The notes under the pieces are model-generated. The model had not been told where the DNA came from. It did not search any database and worked only from the letters and a program-made list of their open reading frames with translations. From Anaerolineales bacterium (lineage in GTDB: Bacteria > Chloroflexota > Anaerolineae > Anaerolineales > DRMV01), in assembly GCA_026996855.1 (NCBI GenBank), contig JALWJZ010000016.1:567-64566 (forward strand): DNA of 64,000 bases, read 5' to 3'. Numbering within the stretch: position 1 is the first letter of the stretch; the number at the start of each line of letters is the position of its first letter. Below, one piece after another: positions 47,134 to 56,112 of the stretch. Both the position numbers and the translations under genes were made by a program.

Positions 47134-47985
47134 ATGATTCACGAGTTACGGGCCCAAATCGAGCGCTTTTTGCTTCGGGACCGCTTCTATGCCGCGTACG
47201 CCCTGGCCGACCTGGAACCCGCTTTCTTCCCTCATACCCGCTGGTGGGTCGTGCGACGGGGTGCAGGGTTGACCGCGCTGGCTTTGCTCTTCACCCGACT
47301 CCATCCACCGCCTCTGCTCCTCATGGGAAATGTCCGAGATATGGCCCACCTGTTGCGCGTGGCCGCGGGAGGGGAACCGGAAAAGGCGGTTCTTTTTTGG
47401 GCGCCCCCCGAAGCCCAAGCAGCCGACCCTCGCCTGCCCCGTCGGGTGTTGTTGAGTTTCCGGGAAGATTTGCGGGAGGCCGTCCTCTCCACCTTCCGCC
47501 TGCATCCAGGGCAGCGCATGATGCGCATGGTTTTGGAGCCACAACGTTTCTTCCCAAGGGGGCTGGAAGGGCTCCCCGTGGAACGCCTGGGGCCGGAGCA
47601 TGCCGCGGAAGTGCAGGTTTTTTATCATAAAGCCGCGCGCTGGGGTGGCGGCGATGCGTTTTCCCTGTATCAACTGGAGCACGGGGTGTATTATGGCGTG
47701 TGCGTTCGGGGCCGGCTGGTCGCGGTGGCCGGGACCCATTTCCTTTCCCCCACCTATCGCCTGGCGGCACTGGGCAACGTGTTCACCCTGCCGGCGTATC
47801 GGGGCCGGGGCTACGCGACGGCTTGCACCGCCGCGGTGCTGCGAGAACTCCTGGCCCGGGGCCTGGACGTGATCCTCAACGTGGCCGAGGACAACGCCGC
47901 GGCCGTGCATATCTATCGAAAGTTGGGCTTCCGCCACCATTGCACGTTTTGGGAAGGTGTGGGGGAAACAGGCATGTTCGAGTAA
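47134..47985 (+). CDS. GNAT family N-acetyltransferase
   Basis: Acetyl-CoA motif FTLPAYRGRGYATACTAAV..AAVHIYRKLGF. GTG at 47104 is an alternative start. Confidence 0.7.
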   Translation: MIHELRAQIERFLLRDRFYAAYALADLEPAFFPHTRWWVVRRGAGLTALALLFTRLHPPPLLLMGNVRDMAHLLRVAAGGEPEKAVLFWAPPEAQAADPRLPRRVLLSFREDLREAVLSTFRLHPGQRMMRMVLEPQRFFPRGLEGLPVERLGPEHAAEVQVFYHKAARWGGGDAFSLYQLEHGVYYGVCVRGRLVAVAGTHFLSPTYRLAALGNVFTLPAYRGRGYATACTAAVLRELLARGLDVILNVAEDNAAAVHIYRKLGFRHHCTFWEGVGETGMFE

Positions 47986-48121
47986 ATGCATCCCTTTTCA
48001 TTTCGCGCCGTTTCAGATAACTTCGCAAAACCGTCGTGTTCCTTGGGCTTTTCGTGAAAAGTTGGCTTGTGTTCCTTTTACCGGAGTAAAATTGGGGAAC
48101 CCTTCCGGCGGACGTGCCCCG

Positions 48122-50119
48122 ATGCGCCCAACTTTGCAGAGATTTCCACGCTTGGGAGCCTGGTGGCCCTTGTTTTTGGGAGGCCTGGTCGTTTGGGCCG
48201 GTTTGCGCCAACCCCTGCCCCCGAACCCCAGTGCAACCACGGGACTTCCCGCGCTCGCATACACCGGGCTTTCTCTGGCCGTATGGGTTCTCCTGGTACT
48301 CTTGGGTGTGGCTTTGGGGAAACGAGTGTTGCGCATGTTGCGGCTTACCGGATATGCTCCGGCGGAAGCCTGGATATGGGCTTTGCCCACCGGCCTGACG
48401 TTGTTGGGGTATCCGGTATACGCCCTGGGGATGTTGGGGTTGTTCCGGCGGGAAGCCCTGGCTCTGCTTTTCTTGGCGCTGACCCTGGCACTACGCCAGG
48501 AGGTGCACGCCGCCTTGCGGGAAGGGAGTGCACTGTTGCGCGCAGCCGGACGAGGGTGGCGGAAAGCACCTCGCGTGGCCCAGGTGGGTTGGGGGCTGAT
48601 GGCCTTTTTGATGACCGGCGCCTTCCTGCTGGCCCTGACGCCGCCCACGGAATACGACGTCCTGTGGTATCACCTGCAGGCCCCGCGATTGTTCTTGCAG
48701 GCCGGGCGCATCTACCCTGAATGGAACAACTGGCCCGCGAATTACGCCTTTGCCGTGAACATGCTTTACGCCCTGCCCATGGCCCTGGGCACGGATAGCG
48801 CGCCCAAACTCCTGCACTGGACCTTCGCGCTGGCTCTGCTGCTGGTGACCTACCATCTGGCCCGACCTTACGCGGGAAAATGGGCTTGGATCGCGCCGGG
48901 TTTCGTCTTGTTGCCTTCTTTCGTGGTGCATCTGTACCCTTCCGCTCTGGTAGACGCGGCCATGGGGGTTTTGGAATTGCTCGCTTTTGGAGCATTGATG
49001 CGAGCGGTGGAAGCCCGGAATCCTTCCTGGTTCCGGGCTGCGGGATTTTGGGCCGGGTTGAGTTTGAGCGTGAAACTGGCTTCATTGCCGGTTTTGTTGG
49101 TAGGTGCGCTTTTCTGGTTGCTTTGGGGATTTCCGAACACACTTCTTGCCAGAGTCAAAACATTGATCGCCTTTATCCTTTCGGGCCTTGGTATGGCCAT
49201 GCCCTGGTATCTCAAAAATGCCCTCTGGTTTGGAACGCCTTTGTTTCCCGTCGCATTGCCTTCGCCCGACCAGGCCATTCGTTTGCGTAGTTATCTTTTG
49301 AGCGCATATACGAACCGGGATGTGCACGGTTTCCGGCGTCTTGGATTTTTGATATGGTTGCTTGTCTCTCCGCTACGTTTGGATTATTTGGGTTCCGTCG
49401 GGGAATTGCCTTTCCTTGTGGGGACTTTTGGGTTGCCGATATCGCCTCCGGTCGCATACGTTTTGACACTTCTTTTGCTTCGGCTCGCGTTTTGGGTCAT
49501 GGGTCCTCCCATGATTCGTTTTTTGCTTGCGGTGTTTGCCCTTGCTGGAATTGCTTTGGCTATACTCATCACCAATGGTTTTGCAAGTCCATCTACTCGA
49601 ACACAACGCATCGCCCGACTTCTCCTTTCGGGTCATATGGTTGTTTTGGTGCTCATAGGAATGCGTACCGGACTCTTTCTTCGGATACAACGTCCTTGGC
49701 TACCGGCCTTGGGCATCGAGAGCCAGCGGGACTATTTGGAGAGGACGATGGATGGGTATCGTGGCTTTCAGTTCTTGAGGAAGCAAAAAAGAGGGGGCGT
49801 TCTCCTCATTGGCGATGCTCGGCATTATTACTGTCCAAGCGTGTGCGACCCCGAAGCCGACCAATTCACCTGGACCCGCATCGCCATGCAGGCGGAATTC
49901 GATGTTCCCGCCGTGCTCCGGGAACTGCAACGACGAGGCATTACCCATCTGTGGCTACACAAATCCAGTATGCGATGGCTTGTGGCGCACGACGTACAGG
50001 GATGGGTAAAACGTAGTTACACGTTCCTAAATACCCGCGTATTGCCCCAATGCGGATCGCTGGTATACGAAGACGAGGATGTGACCATTGTGGCGCTTCC
50101 TTGTTTGCAGGCCCCTTGA
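48122..50119 (+). CDS. polytopic membrane protein, GT-C-like, with a C-terminal soluble domain
   Basis: MRPTLQRFPRLGAWWPLFLGGLVVW.. then about 13 TM segments. Visible drop in GC in the second half. Confidence 0.45.
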   Translation: MRPTLQRFPRLGAWWPLFLGGLVVWAGLRQPLPPNPSATTGLPALAYTGLSLAVWVLLVLLGVALGKRVLRMLRLTGYAPAEAWIWALPTGLTLLGYPVYALGMLGLFRREALALLFLALTLALRQEVHAALREGSALLRAAGRGWRKAPRVAQVGWGLMAFLMTGAFLLALTPPTEYDVLWYHLQAPRLFLQAGRIYPEWNNWPANYAFAVNMLYALPMALGTDSAPKLLHWTFALALLLVTYHLARPYAGKWAWIAPGFVLLPSFVVHLYPSALVDAAMGVLELLAFGALMRAVEARNPSWFRAAGFWAGLSLSVKLASLPVLLVGALFWLLWGFPNTLLARVKTLIAFILSGLGMAMPWYLKNALWFGTPLFPVALPSPDQAIRLRSYLLSAYTNRDVHGFRRLGFLIWLLVSPLRLDYLGSVGELPFLVGTFGLPISPPVAYVLTLLLLRLAFWVMGPPMIRFLLAVFALAGIALAILITNGFASPSTRTQRIARLLLSGHMVVLVLIGMRTGLFLRIQRPWLPALGIESQRDYLERTMDGYRGFQFLRKQKRGGVLLIGDARHYYCPSVCDPEADQFTWTRIAMQAEFDVPAVLRELQRRGITHLWLHKSSMRWLVAHDVQGWVKRSYTFLNTRVLPQCGSLVYEDEDVTIVALPCLQAP

Positions 50120-50202
50120 GGGTACCTGCCGTGGTCGCCCAAAAACGAATGCGTTTTCCAAACCCCTTTACCTCTGCCACCGCTTCGGATAAGGACGCAG
50201 AA

Positions 50203-51471
50203 ATGCATGAAACGCTGCTCGCCTGCCGCCGTCTATGGAATCCGCCCTGGGCGCCCTTGTGGATCCGGGCTTGGAAAGGGGTCATTTTCGGGCTTTTAGG
50301 GGGACAAGGGCTGGCCTTTCTGGTGAACTTGTTGCAACACTTTCCTTACCAGTCGGTGGATTTCGCCCAATATTATTTCCTGGCTCAATGGGTCCATCAG
50401 GGAGGAGCCTTTGCGGACCCTGAGTGGCCGTTCAAAGTGGGGATCCTTTGGCCGAAATGGGTCTATCTCGTCACGCCTTTTTTGCCTTACCAACCGCTGT
50501 TGCTTCCGGTTATGCGCGTCTTGCGTGCCCTGCCTTACACATACGCTTATTTGGTGTGGAGCGGTGGAGCCATTTTACTGTTGTGGCTGCTTGCTGGACG
50601 CCTGGCCCGGAATTTGACCGTATCCCCTTTGTGCATACGGGTGGCTTTGCTTTGCTTTCCATCGCTTTGGTTTGGAATGTACTGGGGAAACGTGGATCTT
50701 TACCTGGCGGCTGGGGTTTTGGGGGCTGTTTTGTTGTTTTATGAAGGGCGGGTGGCATGGAGTGGATTTCTATGGGGATGGCTGGGCGCTTTCAAACCGT
50801 TTCTCCTCTTTGGAGCCGCACCGGCCCTGCGTCGCGGAGGTCGCTCCTTTCTTCTCGGCCTGATAGGAGGGGGTATGAGCGCATTTTTGGTCGCCTGGCG
50901 TGCTGTGGGTGGAAGGGGCTTATGGTTTCTTTTGGAACGCCTGCCTCAATACACCCAAAAGACGGCCCAATGGTTTCTCGATGGAAATGCTTCGATAACC
51001 GGCTGGCTTTCTTTCTGGGTGGGACCGGAAACGGCCCTATCCCGTCCCTTGCTCTTTCACCTTCCTTCGGTTCAGCCTTTCGCCCTGGTGTTGGGCCTTG
51101 TCCTTTTGGTCGTTACCGTCTGGGCATGGCGGAAGGCGCCTGCGCCGGCACCCTGGTTGGAGGAAGGCCTCTGGCTTACGTTGGGCATGCTAATGGCTCC
51201 CTTCGCGTGGCCTCAATACCTGCTTTACCTTTTTGGCCCCTTGGCGGTCCTCTATGCGCGGTTCGCACAACCGGCAAAACCGCATCGGGCCTGGAGCGCC
51301 ATCGCGTATCTCCTATTGCCCGCACTGCTTACCGGTTTCCTTTGGGGTGGCGTGGATACCCATCTGCTGGCGCTCATTCGGTTCCGGGTGGTGTCGTTGT
51401 TTGCCGGAAGCATCTATTTTGCCCTCTGGCTTCTCTTTTTGGTAAGTATCCTGGAACCGCGTCCCGCATGA
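50203..51471 (+). CDS. polytopic membrane protein (DUF2029/GT87-like candidate)
   Basis: About 11 TM segments, with W/F-rich loops. Assignment is by architecture only. Confidence 0.4.
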   Translation: MHETLLACRRLWNPPWAPLWIRAWKGVIFGLLGGQGLAFLVNLLQHFPYQSVDFAQYYFLAQWVHQGGAFADPEWPFKVGILWPKWVYLVTPFLPYQPLLLPVMRVLRALPYTYAYLVWSGGAILLLWLLAGRLARNLTVSPLCIRVALLCFPSLWFGMYWGNVDLYLAAGVLGAVLLFYEGRVAWSGFLWGWLGAFKPFLLFGAAPALRRGGRSFLLGLIGGGMSAFLVAWRAVGGRGLWFLLERLPQYTQKTAQWFLDGNASITGWLSFWVGPETALSRPLLFHLPSVQPFALVLGLVLLVVTVWAWRKAPAPAPWLEEGLWLTLGMLMAPFAWPQYLLYLFGPLAVLYARFAQPAKPHRAWSAIAYLLLPALLTGFLWGGVDTHLLALIRFRVVSLFAGSIYFALWLLFLVSILEPRPA

Positions 51472-51544
51472 AATGCGCTGAACTTTGGCTTTTTGCGGTG
51501 GGCCTTCGTCCACCGCAAGATGAAATGCAGGAAAGCCCCGGTTT

Positions 51545-52954
51545 TCACGATGCCGGGAAAAGTTCCTCCACCGCGCGCTTCGCCTGGGCAATCACATCCG
51601 GGATGCCTACTCCCTGGTAGGCGTTGCCCACCAAGTGCAAGCCGGGCCATTGAGAAGCACGCTGGAAGATGGCTGCCACTCGCTCCCCATGGCCCAGGGT
51701 GTACTGGGGCAGGGCCGGCCGCCATCGAAACACCCATGCTCGCTCTGGTTCCCCGGTGATGCCCATGGTCTCCCGCAATTCCTGGCGGGTCAGGGCCAGG
51801 AGGTCTTCCTCCGGCCAGGAGGCCACCTCGTCCGCGCCGGCCCGGCCGAAGAAGCATCGCAGCAATACTTTCCCTGCTGGCGCTCGGTGAGGAAACTTGC
51901 TGGAGGTCCACGAACAGGCCAGCAAAGGCCTGCCTTCCACCCGGGGAACCACGAAGCCCGAGCCCTCCAGGGAATGGGGGACCTGGCTGCGGTCGTAAGC
52001 CACGGAGACGATGACCGAAGCCGCGTAGGGAATTTCGGCCAACAGGTGGGCCAGGTCGGGGTCGAAGTCCTCCACCAGGGGTGCGGCCGCGTGGGCCGGT
52101 GTGGCCACCACCACGTGCTGGGCCTCCAGCGCGCCGTCGTCCAGGTATACCCGCCAGCGTCCCTGGTCCAGGGGTTCCAGGCGGGTGACCTTCATGCCCA
52201 GGTGCAGGTCCGCGAGGCCCTGCAGCCGTGCGACCAGCGCTTCCACCATGCGCCCCAGGCCGGTGCGCAGGGTGACGAAGGGGGTATAACGTGGACGAAA
52301 GCCGTTGGGATGGCGCTTTCTCTGACGCGTTCGATGCAGCAAGCCTCGCAACAGGCTGCCATATTGGCGTTCCAGTTCCAGCAGTTGGGGGTACGTGGTC
52401 CGCAGGCTGAGTTGTCGGGCATCGCCGGCGTAAATTCCCGCGAATAAAGGCTCGACCAAGCGCTCGAAGACCTCCCGGCCCAGGTGTCGGGTGACGAATT
52501 CGGCCACGGAAACGTCCTGGCCATCGGGCGTCCGATGGGTCTGCACCAGATTCCAGGCGGCTCGCAGCTTCCCCCGCCAGGAGAGCAGGAAGGTGCGAAA
52601 CAGGGGTCCCAGCCGCGCGGGGATCATCAGGGTCAGACCTTCGGGAAAGGGGTGCAGTCTGCCTCGAAAGAAAATGAAAGCCCGCCGACCGGGCGCGGTG
52701 CCCATGATTTCGTCTTCCAAACCCAGGTCCTGCCACAGGGCCAGACCAGCGGGCTTGAAGGAGAGGATGCTGTCGGGCCCGCCTTCCACGATGAAGCCCC
52801 CTTCCCGCACCGTGCGAATGACGCCGCCCCAGCGGTTCGAGGCTTCCAGCACGTGCAAATGCAAGGGGCGGCCCTGGCTCCGGGCCTTTTCCAGGAGAAA
52901 ATAGGCGGCACTCAGCCCACCGATGCCGCCGCCGATAATCGCGACCGTGGTCAT
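51545..52954 (-). CDS. hemY: coproporphyrinogen/protoporphyrinogen oxidase (HemY/CgoX)
   Basis: VAIIGGGIGGLSAAY..GGVIRT..GGPDSIL..GVGIPDVI. ATGA overlap with the PIN gene stop. Confidence 0.9.
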   Translation of the reverse strand: MTTVAIIGGGIGGLSAAYFLLEKARSQGRPLHLHVLEASNRWGGVIRTVREGGFIVEGGPDSILSFKPAGLALWQDLGLEDEIMGTAPGRRAFIFFRGRLHPFPEGLTLMIPARLGPLFRTFLLSWRGKLRAAWNLVQTHRTPDGQDVSVAEFVTRHLGREVFERLVEPLFAGIYAGDARQLSLRTTYPQLLELERQYGSLLRGLLHRTRQRKRHPNGFRPRYTPFVTLRTGLGRMVEALVARLQGLADLHLGMKVTRLEPLDQGRWRVYLDDGALEAQHVVVATPAHAAAPLVEDFDPDLAHLLAEIPYAASVIVSVAYDRSQVPHSLEGSGFVVPRVEGRPLLACSWTSSKFPHRAPAGKVLLRCFFGRAGADEVASWPEEDLLALTRQELRETMGITGEPERAWVFRWRPALPQYTLGHGERVAAIFQRASQWPGLHLVGNAYQGVGIPDVIAQAKRAVEELFPAS

Positions 52955-53412
52955 GATGCGCCTTCCTCACCCAGAAGGTGGACATGGGGGAAATGGGGCC
53001 GCACCAAGCGGGCCAGCCGACGGTCTGCCGTCCAGAAAGGGGCCTGAAGACGCCGGGCCAGAGCCAGGTAATGGGCGTCGTATGTCGCGGGCAATCGCCA
53101 CTGGTGGGCTAGACGCAGGGCCTCCTGGTGGAGTTCCGGGTACGTCACCAGGTCGATGTCCAGACGCAACGCCGTTTCCAAGACCTGAAGGGCGCGCTCC
53201 AGGGAGAACAAATCTGCCCTCACATATCGGTAAACAGCATTGGAAATCTCGAAGAACATCAACGGCGGAGCCACCAGCCTTCGGCCTTCCTTTTGCCACC
53301 TGACCCAAAGACGGTCGGCGACTGGGCCTTCTTTTGAGTCAACCAACATCCGGACAACAAAACTGGCATCAAGGCAGATGGTCGAAGCCGAGGGCTTCCA
53401 TGATCTGAGCAT
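52951..53412 (-). CDS. PIN-domain toxin (VapC-like)
   Basis: Acidic residues in CLDASFVV, FFEISNA, TYDAHYLALA and FWTADRRL. Overlaps the antitoxin 3' end. Confidence 0.75.
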   Translation of the reverse strand: MLRSWKPSASTICLDASFVVRMLVDSKEGPVADRLWVRWQKEGRRLVAPPLMFFEISNAVYRYVRADLFSLERALQVLETALRLDIDLVTYPELHQEALRLAHQWRLPATYDAHYLALARRLQAPFWTADRRLARLVRPHFPHVHLLGEEGAS

Positions 53413-53698
53413 CGCGTTCCTCCCGCATTTGCCGAATGATTTCTTCAGGTGGAGGAAGTTGTCGGTCCCCCAGTTCTTTGCGTATTTGCGCACGCAAGGC
53501 CAGAATCCGCTCCAGGGTTTCCTCCCAGGCGGGTCGGGCTTCTCCCCCTTGCAAACGGCGATAGGCTTCATAGGACAGCATCACCACATAGGGCTGGCCG
53601 CTTCGGGCCACGATGATGACGTCCCCCTGTTCCGCGGCGCGGCGCATCCATTCGCCCAGCCGAATTCGGGCCTCGGTTGCACTGATAACCCGTTCCAT
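53369..53698 (-). CDS. Phd/YefM family antitoxin
   Basis: ISATEARIRLGEWMRRAAEQGDVIIVARSGQPYVVMLSYEAY. Confidence 0.8.
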   Translation of the reverse strand: MERVISATEARIRLGEWMRRAAEQGDVIIVARSGQPYVVMLSYEAYRRLQGGEARPAWEETLERILALRAQIRKELGDRQLPPPEEIIRQMREERDAQIMEALGFDHLP

Positions 53699-53765
53699 AA
53701 CACGCCTCCAATCGATTAATGCATGGCCTGCTTCCAGTATAGCGGAAAAACGTCCGGTGATTCCC

Positions 53766-54854
53766 TCATTCCAGTGCGCGGGCAGCCGTGCGCACCATTT
53801 CGCCCAATGCGGTGATAAAGGCTGGGTCGTCGTTCAAAGACTCGGTGCGGCGCACCTGGACGCCCAAAGTGCGGGCCCGTTGTTGCAATTCGATGTCAAT
53901 GTCGTACAGGATTTCCACATGGTCACACACGAATCCAATGGGCACGACCAGGACCTCCCGCACACCCTGCCGGGCCAGGTCTTCGACCAGGTCGCCCACG
54001 TCGGGCCCCAGCCAGGGCACGGCCGAGGCGCCTGCGCTCTGGTAGGCCACATGCCACGCGTCCAGCCCCAGGTGCTCGGCCACCCGGCGCGCGCTTTCCC
54101 GAACCTCCTTGTCATAAGGGTCGCCCTGCTCCACCACCTTTTGAGGCAGGCTGTGCGCGGTGAAGACCACCACAGGCTTACTTCCCTCCCAGGCAGATAG
54201 GGCCTCTTCCACTTTGTGAGCCACAGCCTGGATGAAGCCTGGATAGGTGGACCAACGGGTGATGAAGACGCTGGTCAGCGGTCGGCGGTGGGCCGTGGGC
54301 AGTGGGCGGTCGGTAGTCGGCGGTGGGTAGTCAACAGAAGGCAAAGAGGGGGCATCGCCCTGTGTCCACACTTTTACTTCGCATCCGACCTCAGATTGCT
54401 GACTGCTCGCTGCTGATTGCTCCCAGCCTTCTGCTTGCGTCAAAGGCCGATACCCCTGGGCTTCCAGGGCTTTTTCCAGCGCCTGCCGGTAAGCGCCGAT
54501 GCTCATACGGGAATAATGGGGGGCCATGGGCAGGGCCACAATCCGGCGAAAGCCCTGGTTCAGGATGTCCGGAAGCACTTCGTGGATGTAAGGGTGCCAG
54601 TGGCGCATGCCCACGAAGGTTTTGAAGTGCGGCCCCAGATGTTGGTGCAGCCAGGCCTCCAGCGCCCGGGCCTGGGCCTGGGTGTGCTCCAGCAGGGGGG
54701 ATTTCCCGCCGATGAGGCGGTACCGTTCCCGCACTTCTTCCACCAACTCTTGGGGTGTGGGACGACCGTGGCGCACGTCCAGTAGATAAGGTTTGACATC
54801 GTCCAGGGAAAGGGGACCCCCGTAGGCGAGCAAGAAGACGGCGGTGGGTTCCAT
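53766..54854 (-). CDS. hemH: ferrochelatase (coproporphyrin ferrochelatase type) carrying a ~55-codon repeat-derived insertion
   Basis: VFLLAYGGP..RYRLIGGKSPL..AHSLP..VPIGFVCDHVEILYDID. 362 aa, against the ~310 aa I recall as typical. Confidence 0.9.
   Translation of the reverse strand: MEPTAVFLLAYGGPLSLDDVKPYLLDVRHGRPTPQELVEEVRERYRLIGGKSPLLEHTQAQARALEAWLHQHLGPHFKTFVGMRHWHPYIHEVLPDILNQGFRRIVALPMAPHYSRMSIGAYRQALEKALEAQGYRPLTQAEGWEQSAASSQQSEVGCEVKVWTQGDAPSLPSVDYPPPTTDRPLPTAHRRPLTSVFITRWSTYPGFIQAVAHKVEEALSAWEGSKPVVVFTAHSLPQKVVEQGDPYDKEVRESARRVAEHLGLDAWHVAYQSAGASAVPWLGPDVGDLVEDLARQGVREVLVVPIGFVCDHVEILYDIDIELQQRARTLGVQVRRTESLNDDPAFITALGEMVRTAARALE
54272..54422. repeat. arm-core-arm heptamer element inside hemH
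   Basis: Left arm, 9 units (tggtcag cggtcgg cggtggg ccgtggg cagtggg cggtcgg tagtcgg cggtggg tagtcaa). Then a ~50-nt unique core. Right arm cagattg ctgactg ctcgctg ctgattg. Confidence 0.9.
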
Positions 54855-54873
54855 CGTAACCTCCGTGAATAGG

Positions 54874-54908
54874 GGATTGGTGGTCAGCCGTCAGCGGACA
54901 GCGGACTG
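54874..54908. repeat. heptamer array (5 units) across the hemE stop and hemE-hemH spacer
   Basis: ggattgg tggtcag ccgtcag cggacag cggactg. Confidence 0.8.
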
Positions 54909-56005
54909 CTTCGCTCATGCACATATTCCACGACAAAGGCCACCTGGTCCGGGTCGGTTTCGGGAAGCACACCGTGGCCCAGGTTGAAGATGTGGCCTGC
55001 CTGGCCTCGGGCTTCTGCAAGCACCGCATCCGCCTGGCGGGCCAGTACCTCCCGTGGGGCCAGCAGGGCCACCGGATCCAGATTCCCCTGGATGGCGTGG
55101 TGGCCTCCAACCGCCTCCCAGGCCGCGCCCAGGGGTACCCGCCAGTCCACGCCGATGACCTCCGCATCCAGGTCATGGAAAAGGGGTAGCAGGCCTGCGG
55201 TGCCGGTGGAAAAGTAAATTCGAGGGACGCCCGTCACTTGCAATCCCCGCAGCAGGGCCTGGACGTGGGGTTTCACATAACGGGCATAGTCCCCAGGACT
55301 CAGGGCACCGGCCCAACTGTCGAAGATTTGCACCGCCTGCGCGCCGGCGTCGATCTGGGCCTTGAGGTAATCCAGCGTGACGCGGACCAGCCGCTTCATG
55401 AGGGCGTCCCAGGCCTGGGGATGGTGGTACATCCAGCGTTTGGTCTCGACGTAATGGCGGGAACTCCCGCCCTCGATGGCATAAGAAGCCACGGTGAAGG
55501 GCGCGCCGGCAAAGCCGATAAGGGGCGTTTGGGGGGCTTCAAGCCGTACCCGGCGCACCGTCTCGAAAACGAAGCCCAGGGCTTCGTGCACGTCCACCAG
55601 GGGGAGGGTTTCCACCCGGTCCGGCGTCAGGCGGGGTTCCAATACCGGGCCGCGCCCTTTCTCAAAACGCAACCTCAGCCCCAGCGCTTCCAGTGGAAGC
55701 AGGATGTCCGCGAAGAGGATGAGGGCATCCACGCCCAGACGCAGGGGAAGCAGCGTCACCTGGGCGGCCAGGTCGGGCTCGCGCATGAGTTCCAGCAGGC
55801 CGTAGCGCTCCCGCAGCGCCCGGTATTCGGGCATGTAACGCCCGGCCTGCCGCATGAACCACACCGGCGTGTAGGGTGTGGGCTGCCGATAGCACGCGGC
55901 GAGGAAGGGGGGAAGGCGGTCGGCGGACAGCGGACGGCGGACGGCGGTCGGCTGTCGGCTGTCAGCGGACGGCGGTCGGCGGTCGGCCGTTGGCGGTTTC
56001 AGCAT
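54884..56005 (-). CDS. hemE: uroporphyrinogen decarboxylase with a repeat-encoded N-terminal extension
   Basis: TPVWFMRQAGRYMPEY..SWAGALSP. The only SD-preceded start (GAGGAGG, ATG at 56005) lies upstream of 30 array-encoded codons. Confidence 0.9.
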   Translation of the reverse strand: MLKPPTADRRPPSADSRQPTAVRRPLSADRLPPFLAACYRQPTPYTPVWFMRQAGRYMPEYRALRERYGLLELMREPDLAAQVTLLPLRLGVDALILFADILLPLEALGLRLRFEKGRGPVLEPRLTPDRVETLPLVDVHEALGFVFETVRRVRLEAPQTPLIGFAGAPFTVASYAIEGGSSRHYVETKRWMYHHPQAWDALMKRLVRVTLDYLKAQIDAGAQAVQIFDSWAGALSPGDYARYVKPHVQALLRGLQVTGVPRIYFSTGTAGLLPLFHDLDAEVIGVDWRVPLGAAWEAVGGHHAIQGNLDPVALLAPREVLARQADAVLAEARGQAGHIFNLGHGVLPETDPDQVAFVVEYVHERSSPLSADG

Positions 56006-56112
56006 TCGTGTTCCTCCTCATGCATTCGCTCACTGCTGATGGCTGACTTGCTGACTGCTGATTGCTCACTGCCGTCTGCTCACCGCTGACCGCTCACTGC
56101 TGACCGCTGACT
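55912..56112. repeat. 13-unit G-rich array, 26-nt core with the hemE SD and ATG, then 12-unit C/T-rich array
   Basis: gtcggcg gacagcg gacggcg .. (55912-56002), and ctcactg ctgatgg ctgactt gctgact gctgatt gctcact .. (56029-56112). Confidence 0.9.

Noticed and set aside
51493-51518. The hairpin ttgcggtgg / ccaccgcaa between the convergent 50203-51471 gene and hemY as a terminator.
   Set aside because: The T-run lies 5' of the stem on the plus strand and an A-run lies 3' on the minus strand. Neither orientation has a trailing U-tract.
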